From an uncultured Candidatus Saccharibacteria bacterium (GTDB taxonomy: Bacteria > Patescibacteriota > UBA1384 > DTJR01), in assembly GCA_964487045.1 (NCBI GenBank), contig CAZAOT010000001.1, positions 4,875 through 68,874 of the forward strand: 64,000 nucleotides of DNA, given 5' to 3'. Every line of letters starts with the position of its first letter. The stretch's first letter is position 1. The position numbers were made by a program, and so were the translations under genes. This document shows, in pieces, positions 20,165 to 29,638 of this stretch. Under the pieces are notes generated by a model. It saw nothing but the letters and a program-made list of their open reading frames with translations, searched no databases and was not told the DNA's origin.

Positions 20165-22164
20165 TTTTTTATCTTATAAATTGCAACTCCATCTTGTTCA
20201 AAAACCTTCTCGCCGTTTGCTGGTTTTGCGGTGTTTTCTAAAAACAATCCTTTGTTGTTAATGTCGTTTGACTTATAGTAATTTGGATTTCCAACAAACT
20301 TAGTTTTTTCAAATCTATATTTAGAATAAACAAAATATATATTATCTAGGTCAATTGTCTCAAAAGGAATTTCAGTTATCTCATAAATTGTTTCTTGACC
20401 CGAGGTGTCAACATAGGCGACCTTCTTAAGTTCAACCTGGCTGGCATTATAATCTTGTGCCTGCGATAAAGTTTTGGCAAAAATATCTTGCAAGCTATTG
20501 CTCGGCATTGGGCTTACTCCAAGGAAATTCTTTCCGGCAAAAGAGCTCATATTGAAATTATACGCTTGAGTTGATGCAATTGTGCTTGAGCTTGGCAACG
20601 ATCTGATGAAGTTGATCGCCTTATCTTCTTTTTTTGAAAGTAGAATTCCTCGATTATAGGTGAGGAATATTGAGCCTGCTACACCCGATAAAATAGAGAG
20701 ACTAATAATAACCGAAATTATCGTTGTTGCAGTTTTGCTTATAAGCCTGTTTTTTATTATCAGATATAGCGCTAATACGATCAATAGTGTCAGTCCGGTA
20801 TCGAGAAATATCCAGGCTCTTTCTGGCAAAAAGGCGATCTTGGCAAATCTAGGGTATATCTCAGCAACGAAGAGAAATATTGAAGTAAAAACGATCAAAG
20901 GTAGTCCAAAAAGTAATTCTTTTCTATTAATCTTCTTGCCCACTATGGCGAGTAGGAATATAGAAATAATGGCGATAAGTAAGCCAAGGTAAAAATACCA
21001 TGCGACACCGCTTAGGCCAGGGTATTCAAAAACAATTCCGTCAGGATTGACGTAATGCGAAACATACCACCAGTTCCAAGTAAATTTATCCGGGAGGTTA
21101 TTTATAAAAAAATTTGGAATAAATGCGATCAATTTTGCTTTTTGGGGAATCTTAAGCAAAATCAGATAAGGGGCAGCGATAATTAGGGCGAATATTATTC
21201 TTTTGATTGTTTGACGTGGTTTTAAGGCAAGGCCACTGATCGTCATTGTGACTACAGCCGTGAGACTAGTAAGTATCAATATAATTGCTAATTCATGAAA
21301 AGCGATAGCCGACGTCGCTAACAGAAGGCTCATTGCAACTAATAATTTGTCGTTTTTATAAAGTCCGATCACACTAGTAAGTAAAACTGGGAAGCAGAAA
21401 ATTAGGATGAAAATTTGGGGAATTGAGTATTGAAGCTGAAAATAAAGATATGGCGAGGCAAGAAAAATTAACCCTCCTAGGATTGATAATAAATAATTTT
21501 TGCTTTTAGCAAAAATTGCTATTGGCAGGGTGAAGCTAAGCATTGCCAAAACGGGCAGGAAGAAGATTAGGATAGAATTGATTGAGAGTCCGGTTGAATT
21601 GAATATAAACAAGATAAAGTGCGTGAAGAAAGGCCTTCTCTCGATGAATGGCTGGACTATCGACTGAAGACGAATGCTCTCATTTATTGACGAGACCAGT
21701 ACATATGTATCATCTCCTACAAAATAAGGATAGATGACATAGCAAACTATAAGTAGAGCTATTGGTATCATAATCGGAATAAGCCAGATTAGGCTTTTTT
21801 TCTCAAATTTTAGGTCTGGTTCGCCTTTTATAAAATAATTTATAAGTGTTAGGGCGAGGGACGTGGTGACAACTACTGCAACCGCACCGATTTGGGAGAA
21901 GATTCCAAAGAGTGCAGAGCAAATCATTGCCATAACCAGCGAGGTAAAGACCGAGATCGAGATTGAAAGAATTAAATTAAAAGGAAAAACAAAATATTTA
22001 TTGATTGGTAGTCTGGAGACTAGAAGGGCTCCGGGAAAAAATATTAGATAAACACCTAGCAAGGCAAAAATAATTTTTCCAAAATCATTTTCTTTAAGTA
22101 GGAAAGAGCAAGCATATAGCCCGATAATAATCAGATTTAGAGCAAGAAACTTATTTTTTGGCAT
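20161..22164 (-). CDS. polytopic membrane protein, probable GT-C-type glycosyltransferase (GtrC/ArnT-like role)
   Basis: 667 aa. More than 12 TM segments followed by a roughly 170-aa soluble C-terminal domain. Lies directly downstream of a GtrB-like GT2 and DUF2304. Confidence 0.6.
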   Translation of the reverse strand: MPKNKFLALNLIIIGLYACSFLLKENDFGKIIFALLGVYLIFFPGALLVSRLPINKYFVFPFNLILSISISVFTSLVMAMICSALFGIFSQIGAVAVVVTTSLALTLINYFIKGEPDLKFEKKSLIWLIPIMIPIALLIVCYVIYPYFVGDDTYVLVSSINESIRLQSIVQPFIERRPFFTHFILFIFNSTGLSINSILIFFLPVLAMLSFTLPIAIFAKSKNYLLSILGGLIFLASPYLYFQLQYSIPQIFILIFCFPVLLTSVIGLYKNDKLLVAMSLLLATSAIAFHELAIILILTSLTAVVTMTISGLALKPRQTIKRIIFALIIAAPYLILLKIPQKAKLIAFIPNFFINNLPDKFTWNWWYVSHYVNPDGIVFEYPGLSGVAWYFYLGLLIAIISIFLLAIVGKKINRKELLFGLPLIVFTSIFLFVAEIYPRFAKIAFLPERAWIFLDTGLTLLIVLALYLIIKNRLISKTATTIISVIISLSILSGVAGSIFLTYNRGILLSKKEDKAINFIRSLPSSSTIASTQAYNFNMSSFAGKNFLGVSPMPSNSLQDIFAKTLSQAQDYNASQVELKKVAYVDTSGQETIYEITEIPFETIDLDNIYFVYSKYRFEKTKFVGNPNYYKSNDINNKGLFLENTAKPANGEKVFEQDGVAIYKIKK

Positions 22165-22495
22165 TGTTAATATTAATGAGCATTATTTCTTTAGCTAGCG
22201 CAATTACCGCCTTCTCAACTCGGTTTGCTTTGACGTAAATTCGATAATTGATGAACAGGACAAAGGCGATTGCCATGCCAAATACCGTTCCTATCCCAGT
22301 TCGTTGTCCTCCGGTTTGCTTGATCAATTCATCGACTAGGTTTGGGTAGTAAGCCAAAGCGAGTATGCCAGCCCAAATCAAGATCCAGAAAACGGTCATT
22401 GTGAATGACTCTTTTTTTCTTTTGAAATCGATAAATGACCTAGAGATGACGAGTAGGCCTAGGACTGTCGCGAATATTTTAGCTATTATTAGCAT
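22151..22495 (-). CDS. DUF2304-type small membrane protein
   Basis: 114 aa, 3-4 TM segments. Typical partner encoded right after polyprenyl-phosphate GT2 genes. Confidence 0.7.
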   Translation of the reverse strand: MLIIAKIFATVLGLLVISRSFIDFKRKKESFTMTVFWILIWAGILALAYYPNLVDELIKQTGGQRTGIGTVFGMAIAFVLFINYRIYVKANRVEKAVIALAKEIMLININNAKK

Positions 22496-22496
22496 T

Positions 22497-23195
22497 TCAG
22501 CCTGTTATCTTTCTGAATAACAATTTTGCCACTATGTTGATTCCGTTTAAAATTGACTGACCTTTTTTCTTGGAATATCGGCTGTAGATTACTTTGATCG
22601 GTACTTCTTTAATTTTAAGTTTATTTTTTGAGGCTTCCATGATTATTTCACTACAAAATTCATATCCAATTGTGTTGAGCTCGATCGTGTTTAAGGCTTT
22701 TTGTGAAAAGGCCTTAAATCCTGACTGTGAATCACTCGTCCATTTACGGGATAACGCATAGGTTATAAAATTTAGTCCAAAATTACCAATTTTTTTAATA
22801 ATAGGCATGCCTTTATGATTAAGCATTCTCGAGCCGATAACTAAGTCGGCTTTTTGATCTATAATCGGCTTGATCAGCTTCGCGATATCGGAAGGCGAGT
22901 GCTGACCGTCACCGTCAAACGTAACTGCGGCAGTGACGCTTAGGTCTTTTGCAAGCTTAAGTCCGGTTAGGGTGGCGCTCCCCGGCCCGAGGTTTATCGG
23001 TAAATTAAAACACATTGCTCGAGTGTTTTTGATTTCGAGCTCAGAGTTGTCAGTTGAGCCATCATTAATAGCAAGAATCGAAATCTTATTAATCCCTTCG
23101 ATTTTTTTGGGGAGACTTTCTATTACTTGCTTGATTACCTTGCCTTCATTATAAACTGGAATGATGATAGCAAGATGAGTCTTAGCTTGAGGCAT
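22497..23195 (-). CDS. polyprenyl-phosphate glycosyltransferase (GT2, GtrB/Dpm1-like)
   Basis: 232 aa. AIIIPVYNEGKVI, NDGSTD and FDGDGQH motifs. Confidence 0.85.
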   Translation of the reverse strand: MPQAKTHLAIIIPVYNEGKVIKQVIESLPKKIEGINKISILAINDGSTDNSELEIKNTRAMCFNLPINLGPGSATLTGLKLAKDLSVTAAVTFDGDGQHSPSDIAKLIKPIIDQKADLVIGSRMLNHKGMPIIKKIGNFGLNFITYALSRKWTSDSQSGFKAFSQKALNTIELNTIGYEFCSEIIMEASKNKLKIKEVPIKVIYSRYSKKKGQSILNGINIVAKLLFRKITG

Positions 23196-24108
23196 TTTTG
23201 AAATATTCGATAGTTAGTTTTAGCCCCTCGTTTATTTCTACTTTTGGTTCCCAGCCCAATTCGTTTTTAGCTTTGTCTGCTGCAAGGCTACTATACATTT
23301 GCTCACCCGGTTTTCCTTCAGCGTGATTAATCTCGCTTTCGGACTGAGCGATCTTCTTCATTTCCTGCGCAAGAGAATTAATACTAATCTCGACACTTGT
23401 TCCGATATTGTATGAACCAGTCTTGTCGCTCTCAAGGGCTGCTAAATTAGCCGCTACAACATCTCCTACGTATACAAAATCCCTTGTTTGTTCTCCTGAT
23501 CCGTAAATTGTGCACTCTTCGTTCTTGATCATCTTCTGGCCGAATATTGCCACAACTCCTGCTTCGCCTTTTGGATTCTGTCTTGGTCCATAAACATTGG
23601 CGTAGCGTAGGCAAACAGCTTGAAGGTCTGAAGAAGCTGCGAAGTATGAGATGTATTTTTCAGCGAATAGCTTGTCGATGCCATAGGGACAAACTGGCTC
23701 CTCAGCCGATCCTTCAATGGTTGGTCTTTCAACTTTATCGCCATAAATTGCACCACCTGTTGAAGAAAAGACAAATTTCTTTGTGTTATTTTTGACAGCT
23801 AATTCAAGTAGATTGATTGTGCCGATGACGTTTATGCTCACATCGGTCTGGGGGTCTTCCGTCGAGAGTCGAACAGAAGCTTGAGCCGCAAGGTGACAAA
23901 TTGCTTCGGGGGAGAAGCCTTCAAATACCTTAGCGAGGGCATCCTTGTCGGTAATGTCGATTTCAAAGAATTTAGCCTTCTCGTTTAAGTTTTCTCTTTT
24001 TCCGGTTGATAGATTATCTACAACCGCGACCTCGTGATCACTCTGGATAAGTGCATCGACGAGATTCGATCCAATAAATCCGGCGCCTCCAGTAACTAAA
24101 ATTTTCAT
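23182..24108 (-). CDS. NAD-dependent sugar epimerase (UDP-glucose 4-epimerase family)
   Basis: 308 aa. GGAGFIGS motif and YGIDK (YxxxK). First gene of the minus-strand glycan operon. Confidence 0.85.
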   Translation of the reverse strand: MKILVTGGAGFIGSNLVDALIQSDHEVAVVDNLSTGKRENLNEKAKFFEIDITDKDALAKVFEGFSPEAICHLAAQASVRLSTEDPQTDVSINVIGTINLLELAVKNNTKKFVFSSTGGAIYGDKVERPTIEGSAEEPVCPYGIDKLFAEKYISYFAASSDLQAVCLRYANVYGPRQNPKGEAGVVAIFGQKMIKNEECTIYGSGEQTRDFVYVGDVVAANLAALESDKTGSYNIGTSVEISINSLAQEMKKIAQSESEINHAEGKPGEQMYSSLAADKAKNELGWEPKVEINEGLKLTIEYFKNASS

Positions 24109-24189
24109 AATTAAGCTCCCTCAAATTTATGAGTTCATCTTAGCTCTTTTCAGGAGTGATCGCAATAGAATAATCGGCGATGGTTTAGA

Positions 24190-24218
24190 TTGACTTGAAG
24201 CCGATATTATGTTATTTT
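24190..24218 (+). promoter_or_regulatory. putative promoter of GC-rich island 1
   Basis: TTGACT (24190-24195), 17 nt, then TATTTT (24213-24218). The -10 box is weak. The track ATG at 24209 lies inside this promoter. Confidence 0.35.
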
Positions 24219-24268
24219 TTTGTGTCAGGTTTTTTGCAGCCTGCATCACAGCAAGGGAGGGTTGTACC

Positions 24269-25675
24269 TTGAAACTTCGAGATTTGACTAGGGTTAGTAC
24301 GGCCGGTCAGCTTCATCATCTTCTGAGTAAGAAACGAACCCGCAATGAGAATGTCGAGCTGGGGGCTCTGCTCGAGAGTAATCTAGCGCTTGCCAGGCGA
24401 CTGGTCACCTTGGTGGCTGGCTCTGCTGACGCTAGTCTGGTCAAGATGTTCTCACCGATCTTCTGTCTGCTTTCGTCATCTTTGAGGGCGCAGATGATTG
24501 AGTCTTTCAAGCCGTTCAAGAGCAGAGAGTTTCTGTTCTTCGTCTCAAGTCTACCGGCCAAGGGGCTAAGGTACTTGATCAGGGCCCTCGATAAGATGTC
24601 GTCCGTTGACGACACGAGGTTTTGTCTCGGAAAGCTAGTCGTATCAGGCAATCCCGAATGGCCGGGTGTTATCGGCGAGGCTTTTTCGGACAAGGACCTT
24701 GACAGGTTGCGGGCGCGTGAGCCGATCTGTAGCGAACAATCAGAGGAATTCACTTCTCTACAGGCTATTACCTACATGATCGGTAGCTTGCTCTCAGCCA
24801 GCGTCATTCTTCTGCCGGTGTGTGGTCGGAATCCTCGACCCGAATACAACCTCGCTGGTTTCAAGCTGACAGAGATCAGGCCTCATGAGACATTGGTTAT
24901 GAATGGAGAGAAGTCTCAGAACCACTGGCTTCCTTGGGTATTTCAGACAGAGGAGGGAGTTGAGAAGGCGCTCCACTTACTCGAATTCCTCGTCGGCAGT
25001 CTGAGCCTCTGCGATCAGGGCAACGAGTTGCTCAACAGGATTGGTGACGATGCCGAAAGGATGCTGGTAGAGATCAGTGAGCGCTGGGAAGCAATCAAGA
25101 AAGGCGTGCATCGCTGGGTACTCCCAGATGGACAGATGAAGCTTCGGTTCGGAGGCGACTTTGTCTTCTGTGGCCTGATGGTGACAGAACTTCACCCCGG
25201 GAAGAAAGTACCCGAGATGACGGTCAGAATCGTACAGAATCGATTCGGTTACCTCAAGTTCAAGGATCGGCCTCTCGACGAGAATGGCCTTTTTAAGGAC
25301 ATGGACCTCGGTAAGCAGGTCGGACTGCTCGAACTTGGCATCAACCACAAGGTGGTCTGCTGGCTGGCTGATTACGCTTTGCGACCTTCAAACTACAAGC
25401 CAAAGAATGGTGAAGGCAAGAGTCTTGACCCGATCAAGGTCGCGTTTGGCGAAGGCAAGCTGCCTGCTGGGTTTCACCTTCCTGAGTATATGAATCTCCC
25501 GGACAAGATAAAGCAGAACGGCAAGCCTTACGAAGCCAGTGGCGATGCGAAGAAGCGCGCCGAAGCGCTGGGCTGGGCCGAGCCGACTGATGGTCAGACC
25601 TTTAGGATGTCGGGAGATCCTCTTAAGGAAGGCCTTGGCCTTCCGGAACCCCTCGACATCGTATATGATGTCTGA
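24269..25675 (+). CDS. orphan protein of GC-rich island 1
   Basis: About 468 aa from the TTG at 24269, preceded by GGGAGGG 7 nt upstream. G/C-ending codon bias unlike the flanks. No family recognised. Followed by a hairpin terminator. Confidence 0.7.
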   Translation: MKLRDLTRVSTAGQLHHLLSKKRTRNENVELGALLESNLALARRLVTLVAGSADASLVKMFSPIFCLLSSSLRAQMIESFKPFKSREFLFFVSSLPAKGLRYLIRALDKMSSVDDTRFCLGKLVVSGNPEWPGVIGEAFSDKDLDRLRAREPICSEQSEEFTSLQAITYMIGSLLSASVILLPVCGRNPRPEYNLAGFKLTEIRPHETLVMNGEKSQNHWLPWVFQTEEGVEKALHLLEFLVGSLSLCDQGNELLNRIGDDAERMLVEISERWEAIKKGVHRWVLPDGQMKLRFGGDFVFCGLMVTELHPGKKVPEMTVRIVQNRFGYLKFKDRPLDENGLFKDMDLGKQVGLLELGINHKVVCWLADYALRPSNYKPKNGEGKSLDPIKVAFGEGKLPAGFHLPEYMNLPDKIKQNGKPYEASGDAKKRAEALGWAEPTDGQTFRMSGDPLKEGLGLPEPLDIVYDV

Positions 25676-25690
25676 TATCTCTCTATCTCA

Positions 25691-25734
25691 AAGGGGCGCA
25701 CTGTCATCCGACAGGGCGCCCCTTCTCTTTTTTG
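25691..25734 (+). terminator. intrinsic terminator
   Basis: AAGGGGCGC (25691-25699) pairs with GCGCCCCTT (25716-25724), followed by CTCTTTTTT. Confidence 0.75.
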
Positions 25735-25742
25735 TAAAAAAA

Positions 25743-26318
25743 TTACAGACGAAAAACGCGAATTAGCTTTTCGCTGATTAACTCGCCACGTTCCAGTTTT
25801 TCCGGCAAGTATCGAAGTAAATAATTCCTAACTTCAGTCGAACTTTGGGTACCAAGGGGAATTGCAATTGGGGATTTGAAAAAACCAACTGGCTCGATAT
25901 ATAGAATTGATTTTTGCCCATGCTGGGCAATCCAAAATGACTTTAGCTCATAAAACGGAACATAATTTTCTCTTTGCAGCATTCCGCTCTCATCAATCGC
26001 AAATTCGTGAGTCTTAGGCTTCTCATGAGAAAGTTGGAAGGTAACGATGACTGCTAAAATGATTATTATTACTGGGAAAAAGTTACCGGTGTAGATCAAA
26101 ATCAGAGATAAAACCATCGAAACAAGCCCAACTACTAGTGACCAGTAAGGAGATCTTTCAAAAGTATAATAATCTGGTGCTCTCCAGCGCAATATTTTTT
26201 TGATATTACCAAGCTTGATCGGCCTTGGGGTCGTCTTTTTTTCTTCCGGCCTTTTGGAATCTTTTTTGGATTTTTGAGCCGGTTTCTTGGCTATTTTTTT
26301 GTCTTTTTCTTTGGCCAT
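25743..26318 (-). CDS. hypothetical membrane protein with Lys-rich N-terminus
   Basis: 191 aa, two central TM helices, AT-rich native composition. Confidence 0.65.
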   Translation of the reverse strand: MAKEKDKKIAKKPAQKSKKDSKRPEEKKTTPRPIKLGNIKKILRWRAPDYYTFERSPYWSLVVGLVSMVLSLILIYTGNFFPVIIIILAVIVTFQLSHEKPKTHEFAIDESGMLQRENYVPFYELKSFWIAQHGQKSILYIEPVGFFKSPIAIPLGTQSSTEVRNYLLRYLPEKLERGELISEKLIRVFRL

Positions 26319-26351
26319 TAACTTAATTATAGCACAGCGAGATTTTTTCGA

Positions 26352-26762
26352 TTAATCAATCGATTTTTTTATAGCCTCGGCGATTTTTGCTCTTTCTCCA
26401 GATGTAGTCTCTTTACCGGGCCAGAGTTTGAGGCCATCACCGGAAAAACGGGGCATAATGTGAAGATGAACATGTCCGACAACTTGCCCAGCGTCTTTGC
26501 CGTTATTTAGCCCTAGATTAAATCCGCTAGCTCCCACCGCCTCGTTCAAACTAGAGCCGATTTTTTGCGCTAGCTTCATCATCTCGCAAAGATATTTTTC
26601 TTCTACTTCTTCTAGAGAAGCAAAATGCTTCTGGGGAATTACAAGCGTGTGGCCATTATTTACCGGATTTATATCTAGAAAAGCCAAGACGTATTCATTT
26701 TCAAACACTTTGTCAGCCGGGATTTTTCCTTCTATAATTTGGCAAAAGATACAATTTTCCAT
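26352..26762 (-). CDS. HIT family (histidine triad) protein
   Basis: 136 aa with the HVHLHIMPR histidine triad. Confidence 0.9.
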   Translation of the reverse strand: MENCIFCQIIEGKIPADKVFENEYVLAFLDINPVNNGHTLVIPQKHFASLEEVEEKYLCEMMKLAQKIGSSLNEAVGASGFNLGLNNGKDAGQVVGHVHLHIMPRFSGDGLKLWPGKETTSGERAKIAEAIKKSID

Positions 26763-26764
26763 CG

Positions 26765-27217
26765 TTAAAATTTCACTAAATTTTTCTCGAGGTCCTGAAC
26801 AATTAGCTTCTTGCCCTTTGTAACTATTTTATACCCTTCTTTTTCAAGAAGCTTTTTTTGATTTTCTATTCCACCTGGGTATTTATCGTTTAATTCTCCA
26901 GAGCCTTTTAGCGTACGCCAGTAAGGGGCACCATCTTTTAATTCCTCGGAGGCGTTAGCGGCTATCCAAGTAAAGATTCCAGTTGTAAGCGGGCAAGCGA
27001 TCGCAGTTTTATGTTTTTTTGCGAAGTATTGTCTTATGAGAGCAACCGAGGCGAGTTTGCCTTTTGGAACTTTCTTCATTACTTCGTAAACTTCCTCGGG
27101 ACATGGGATGTACATTGTTTCTCCACCCCATTTTTCAGCTGCTTCTTTGTCTAATTTTACAATTTTAGGGAGGTCGTTTTTGGTTTTTAGCTTTTCTACC
27201 CATGACTTTTTAGCCAT
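26765..27217 (-). CDS. hypothetical protein (possibly MGMT/Atl-like DNA-binding domain lacking the Cys)
   Basis: 150 aa. APYWRTLKGSGEL loosely resembles the PCHRV region. Family assignment is tentative. Confidence 0.55.
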   Translation of the reverse strand: MAKKSWVEKLKTKNDLPKIVKLDKEAAEKWGGETMYIPCPEEVYEVMKKVPKGKLASVALIRQYFAKKHKTAIACPLTTGIFTWIAANASEELKDGAPYWRTLKGSGELNDKYPGGIENQKKLLEKEGYKIVTKGKKLIVQDLEKNLVKF

Positions 27218-27225
27218 ACTGCTCC

Positions 27226-27711
27226 TTAGAATTTAGGATTTTCTTTTAAACTATCGGCCCATCCACCAACTAGTCCGCTAAGGATAATTACAACAACCGC
27301 AACCAGTAGATGCCCTAGCATTATTTTACCGACCGACCTTTTTTCAGCTTTAGCTATGAAGTAGGTAAGAATTGAGATCAAAATAAGTCCAAATAGTACT
27401 GATAAAATTATCGCTTGGTTTATTTGCAAAAAGAAAAAGGGAAGGGCAAACAAAATTCCAACAGAAAATTTAGAGATAAAGGTGGAAATTGTTTCTTCCC
27501 ATTTTGATTTTTCGTTGTCCCGCTCGGCTTCATCAGCCATAAAAATTGCAAATGAGTCCGACAAGGCGTCGGTGATGGCGATTACGGCGATACCAGCGAC
27601 AATTACAGAAACTGAATGAGTTCCTTGGTTCAGGCCAATCATCATTCCAAGCGTCGTAATAATACCGCTTGTCAGGCCAAAGCCAAATCCTTTTCTAACT
27701 GCTGATTTCAT
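27226..27711 (-). CDS. VIT1/CCC1-like small membrane protein
   Basis: 161 aa, 4-5 TM segments (LTSGIITTLGMMIGL, DALSDSFAIFMADEA). Confidence 0.6.
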   Translation of the reverse strand: MKSAVRKGFGFGLTSGIITTLGMMIGLNQGTHSVSVIVAGIAVIAITDALSDSFAIFMADEAERDNEKSKWEETISTFISKFSVGILFALPFFFLQINQAIILSVLFGLILISILTYFIAKAEKRSVGKIMLGHLLVAVVVIILSGLVGGWADSLKENPKF

Positions 27712-27768
27712 AGTTTGATTTTACTCCTTAATCCAGTGTTTCGGCAAGGGTTATGTTAATTTTTCTTC

Positions 27769-27797
27769 TTGATTTGGCGCCTCGCTTGTACTATACT
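27769..27797 (+). promoter_or_regulatory. sigma70-type promoter of GC-rich island 2
   Basis: TTGATT (27769-27774), exactly 17 nt, then TATACT (27792-27797), about 70 nt upstream of the ATG at 27869. Confidence 0.6.
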
Positions 27798-27868
27798 CTG
27801 CGGATCTCAAGATTTCTCTTGAGTTGCGACGAAATAGTGAACATTGACATAGAAGGGAATGGTTACGA

Positions 27869-29638
27869 ATGCAAGAGCTGGTGCTGTTTGTTGCTGTAAT
27901 CGGCTATCTGATCGGGTCGATACCGATCGGCTATCTGATTGGCAAGAAGTTCGGCGTGAATCTTCTCGAAGAAGGGTCTAAGGCGATCGGCCGGACCAAC
28001 CTCGAGCGGGTTCTCGCGCCGATCATCGGCGCCAAGCGCGCCAAGCTCTGGGGTTATATCGGCGAGGCAGGCGACCAGCTCAAGGGACTCGTCCCAATTC
28101 TGATTGGTATGCTTCTGCTTCGTCTTGACCCCATCTCGCTCGCTGTCCTCGCTACTTCGCTCATTCTCGGCCACTGCTACTCTGCGTTTCTTTTCTTCAG
28201 GGGTGGCAAGGGAGTCGCGACGACGATGGGCATCGTGCTTGCTCTTTGCTGGTACATCGCTGTGCCATGCTACGTGTTCTGGTTTGCCGCCAAGAAAGCG
28301 CTCGAGACCAAGACGCAGGAGGCAACCGCACTCGCTTCGATTCGCGGAGGTCTTCTGGTTGGTGTTCTGGGAGTCATGGTCACGCACGACCTGGCCATGC
28401 AGATCTTCTTCGCCTTTGCTGCGCTTCACATCGTTTTTGCTCACCGCGAGAACCTGAAGCGCTACAGGCAGGAACAGCTGCAGAAGAAGCTTGAGAAAGC
28501 AAGCTTCCCGGACGATATGCCGACCGGTGTATTCATCACCGATGCGGCTACGAACAATCCTGAGACGGTCAAGCGGCTTCTGATGCAAAAGAAGAAGTTC
28601 GCCTGGCTCGTCAACCTCTTTCCGGCCCAGTTCGTCTGCGACGTGATTCTCCCCATCATCCCGATGAAGTACCTGAAGATGGGCGAGGTCATCCTCGAGA
28701 ATGATCTTGGGGCCAAGGTCAGAGTTGTGACCTGGGGCTACCCGGACATCCCAAGACGAATGATGGAGAACCCGGGCCGTACGATCTCGAGGCTACTTGA
28801 TCTTTGTTCATACGTCGAGTCGCTTGGTGCAGACGACATCTGCCTTGGCGCCAACACAGCCAGTGTCGGCGACAAGGGAGCAACGCTTCAGCAGTTTGCC
28901 CAGTCGATCACGAACGGCAATCGCCTAACCTGCGTCTATGCGGTTAAGGCTGCTCTCAAAGTGCTAGACACAATGCTAATCCCTCGAGGAACCGCTGTAG
29001 CAACTGTGGTTGGCAGTGGCGGCTCAGTAGGAGATGGCGTGTGTCAGCTTCTGCTCAAGGCCGGTATCGGACGCCTGTATTTGGTTGGAAGCACTCTTGG
29101 TAAACAGGCTGGTCAGGCAACTGAGCTCTCGAGGCGTTTTGGGGTTCCGGTTGAAGAACTGGGACTAATGGACGCCCTCTCGCGAAGTCATCTGGCCATC
29201 TTTGCCTCTAGTGGTACGGCCAGAGAGAACGCGCACAAGATCAATCCCGAGGCGCTTCCAGCAGGCTTGATTGTCGTTGACATGGAACGCCCGCGCGAGA
29301 TCTCAAAGATGCTTGCCGAGTATGTGTGGCTTCTGCCGAACGATGGTGGCATGGTTGCTATCGAAGGAACGGGCAAGGCTGGGACTGGCTTGCCTGAAGG
29401 CGTTTACTTCCCTTGTTTCAGCGAACTAGCCTTGCGCCTCTTCCGCGGAATCAGGACGAAGTGGTGCTATCCAGCTACTCTCGAGGAATTGAGGGAGGTT
29501 TGGGAAGCGGCTGAGGAGGAAGGCTTCTCTCTAGCTGGTCTGCGTCTTAATGAGCAGCCAGTTGAAGATCATGAGCTTGCTTTCCGTATCGAGCAAGCAG
29601 AGATGGCAAAAGCCTACAAACCCAGGAGGGTGACATGA
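27869..29638 (+). CDS. fusion protein: PlsY-like glycerol-3-phosphate acyltransferase + acyl-ACP-reductase-like NAD(P) domain
   Basis: 589 aa, GC-rich.
- Residues 1-200 are PlsY-like: YLIGSIPIGYLIGKKFG, GDQLKG, LGHCYSAFLFFRGGKGVATT, AHRENLKRY.
- Residues about 215-589 are collinear with cyanobacterial AAR recalled from memory: TNGN, VVGSGGSVG and YFPCFSE versus TTGN, VVGATGDIG and MFACFAE, which contains the catalytic Cys. Confidence 0.8.
   Translation: MQELVLFVAVIGYLIGSIPIGYLIGKKFGVNLLEEGSKAIGRTNLERVLAPIIGAKRAKLWGYIGEAGDQLKGLVPILIGMLLLRLDPISLAVLATSLILGHCYSAFLFFRGGKGVATTMGIVLALCWYIAVPCYVFWFAAKKALETKTQEATALASIRGGLLVGVLGVMVTHDLAMQIFFAFAALHIVFAHRENLKRYRQEQLQKKLEKASFPDDMPTGVFITDAATNNPETVKRLLMQKKKFAWLVNLFPAQFVCDVILPIIPMKYLKMGEVILENDLGAKVRVVTWGYPDIPRRMMENPGRTISRLLDLCSYVESLGADDICLGANTASVGDKGATLQQFAQSITNGNRLTCVYAVKAALKVLDTMLIPRGTAVATVVGSGGSVGDGVCQLLLKAGIGRLYLVGSTLGKQAGQATELSRRFGVPVEELGLMDALSRSHLAIFASSGTARENAHKINPEALPAGLIVVDMERPREISKMLAEYVWLLPNDGGMVAIEGTGKAGTGLPEGVYFPCFSELALRLFRGIRTKWCYPATLEELREVWEAAEEEGFSLAGLRLNEQPVEDHELAFRIEQAEMAKAYKPRRVT

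Noticed and set aside
24316-25348. 145-aa, 60-aa and 123-aa minus-strand ORFs inside island 1
   Set aside because: They are fragmented antisense ORFs within one continuous 468-codon plus-strand ORF that has an RBS and terminator.
27863-28588. 241-aa minus-strand ORF antisense to the PlsY domain
   Set aside because: Arg/His/Glu-rich low-complexity translation with no RBS. It lies entirely antisense to a motif-supported PlsY sequence. This is the typical shadow ORF of GC-rich DNA.
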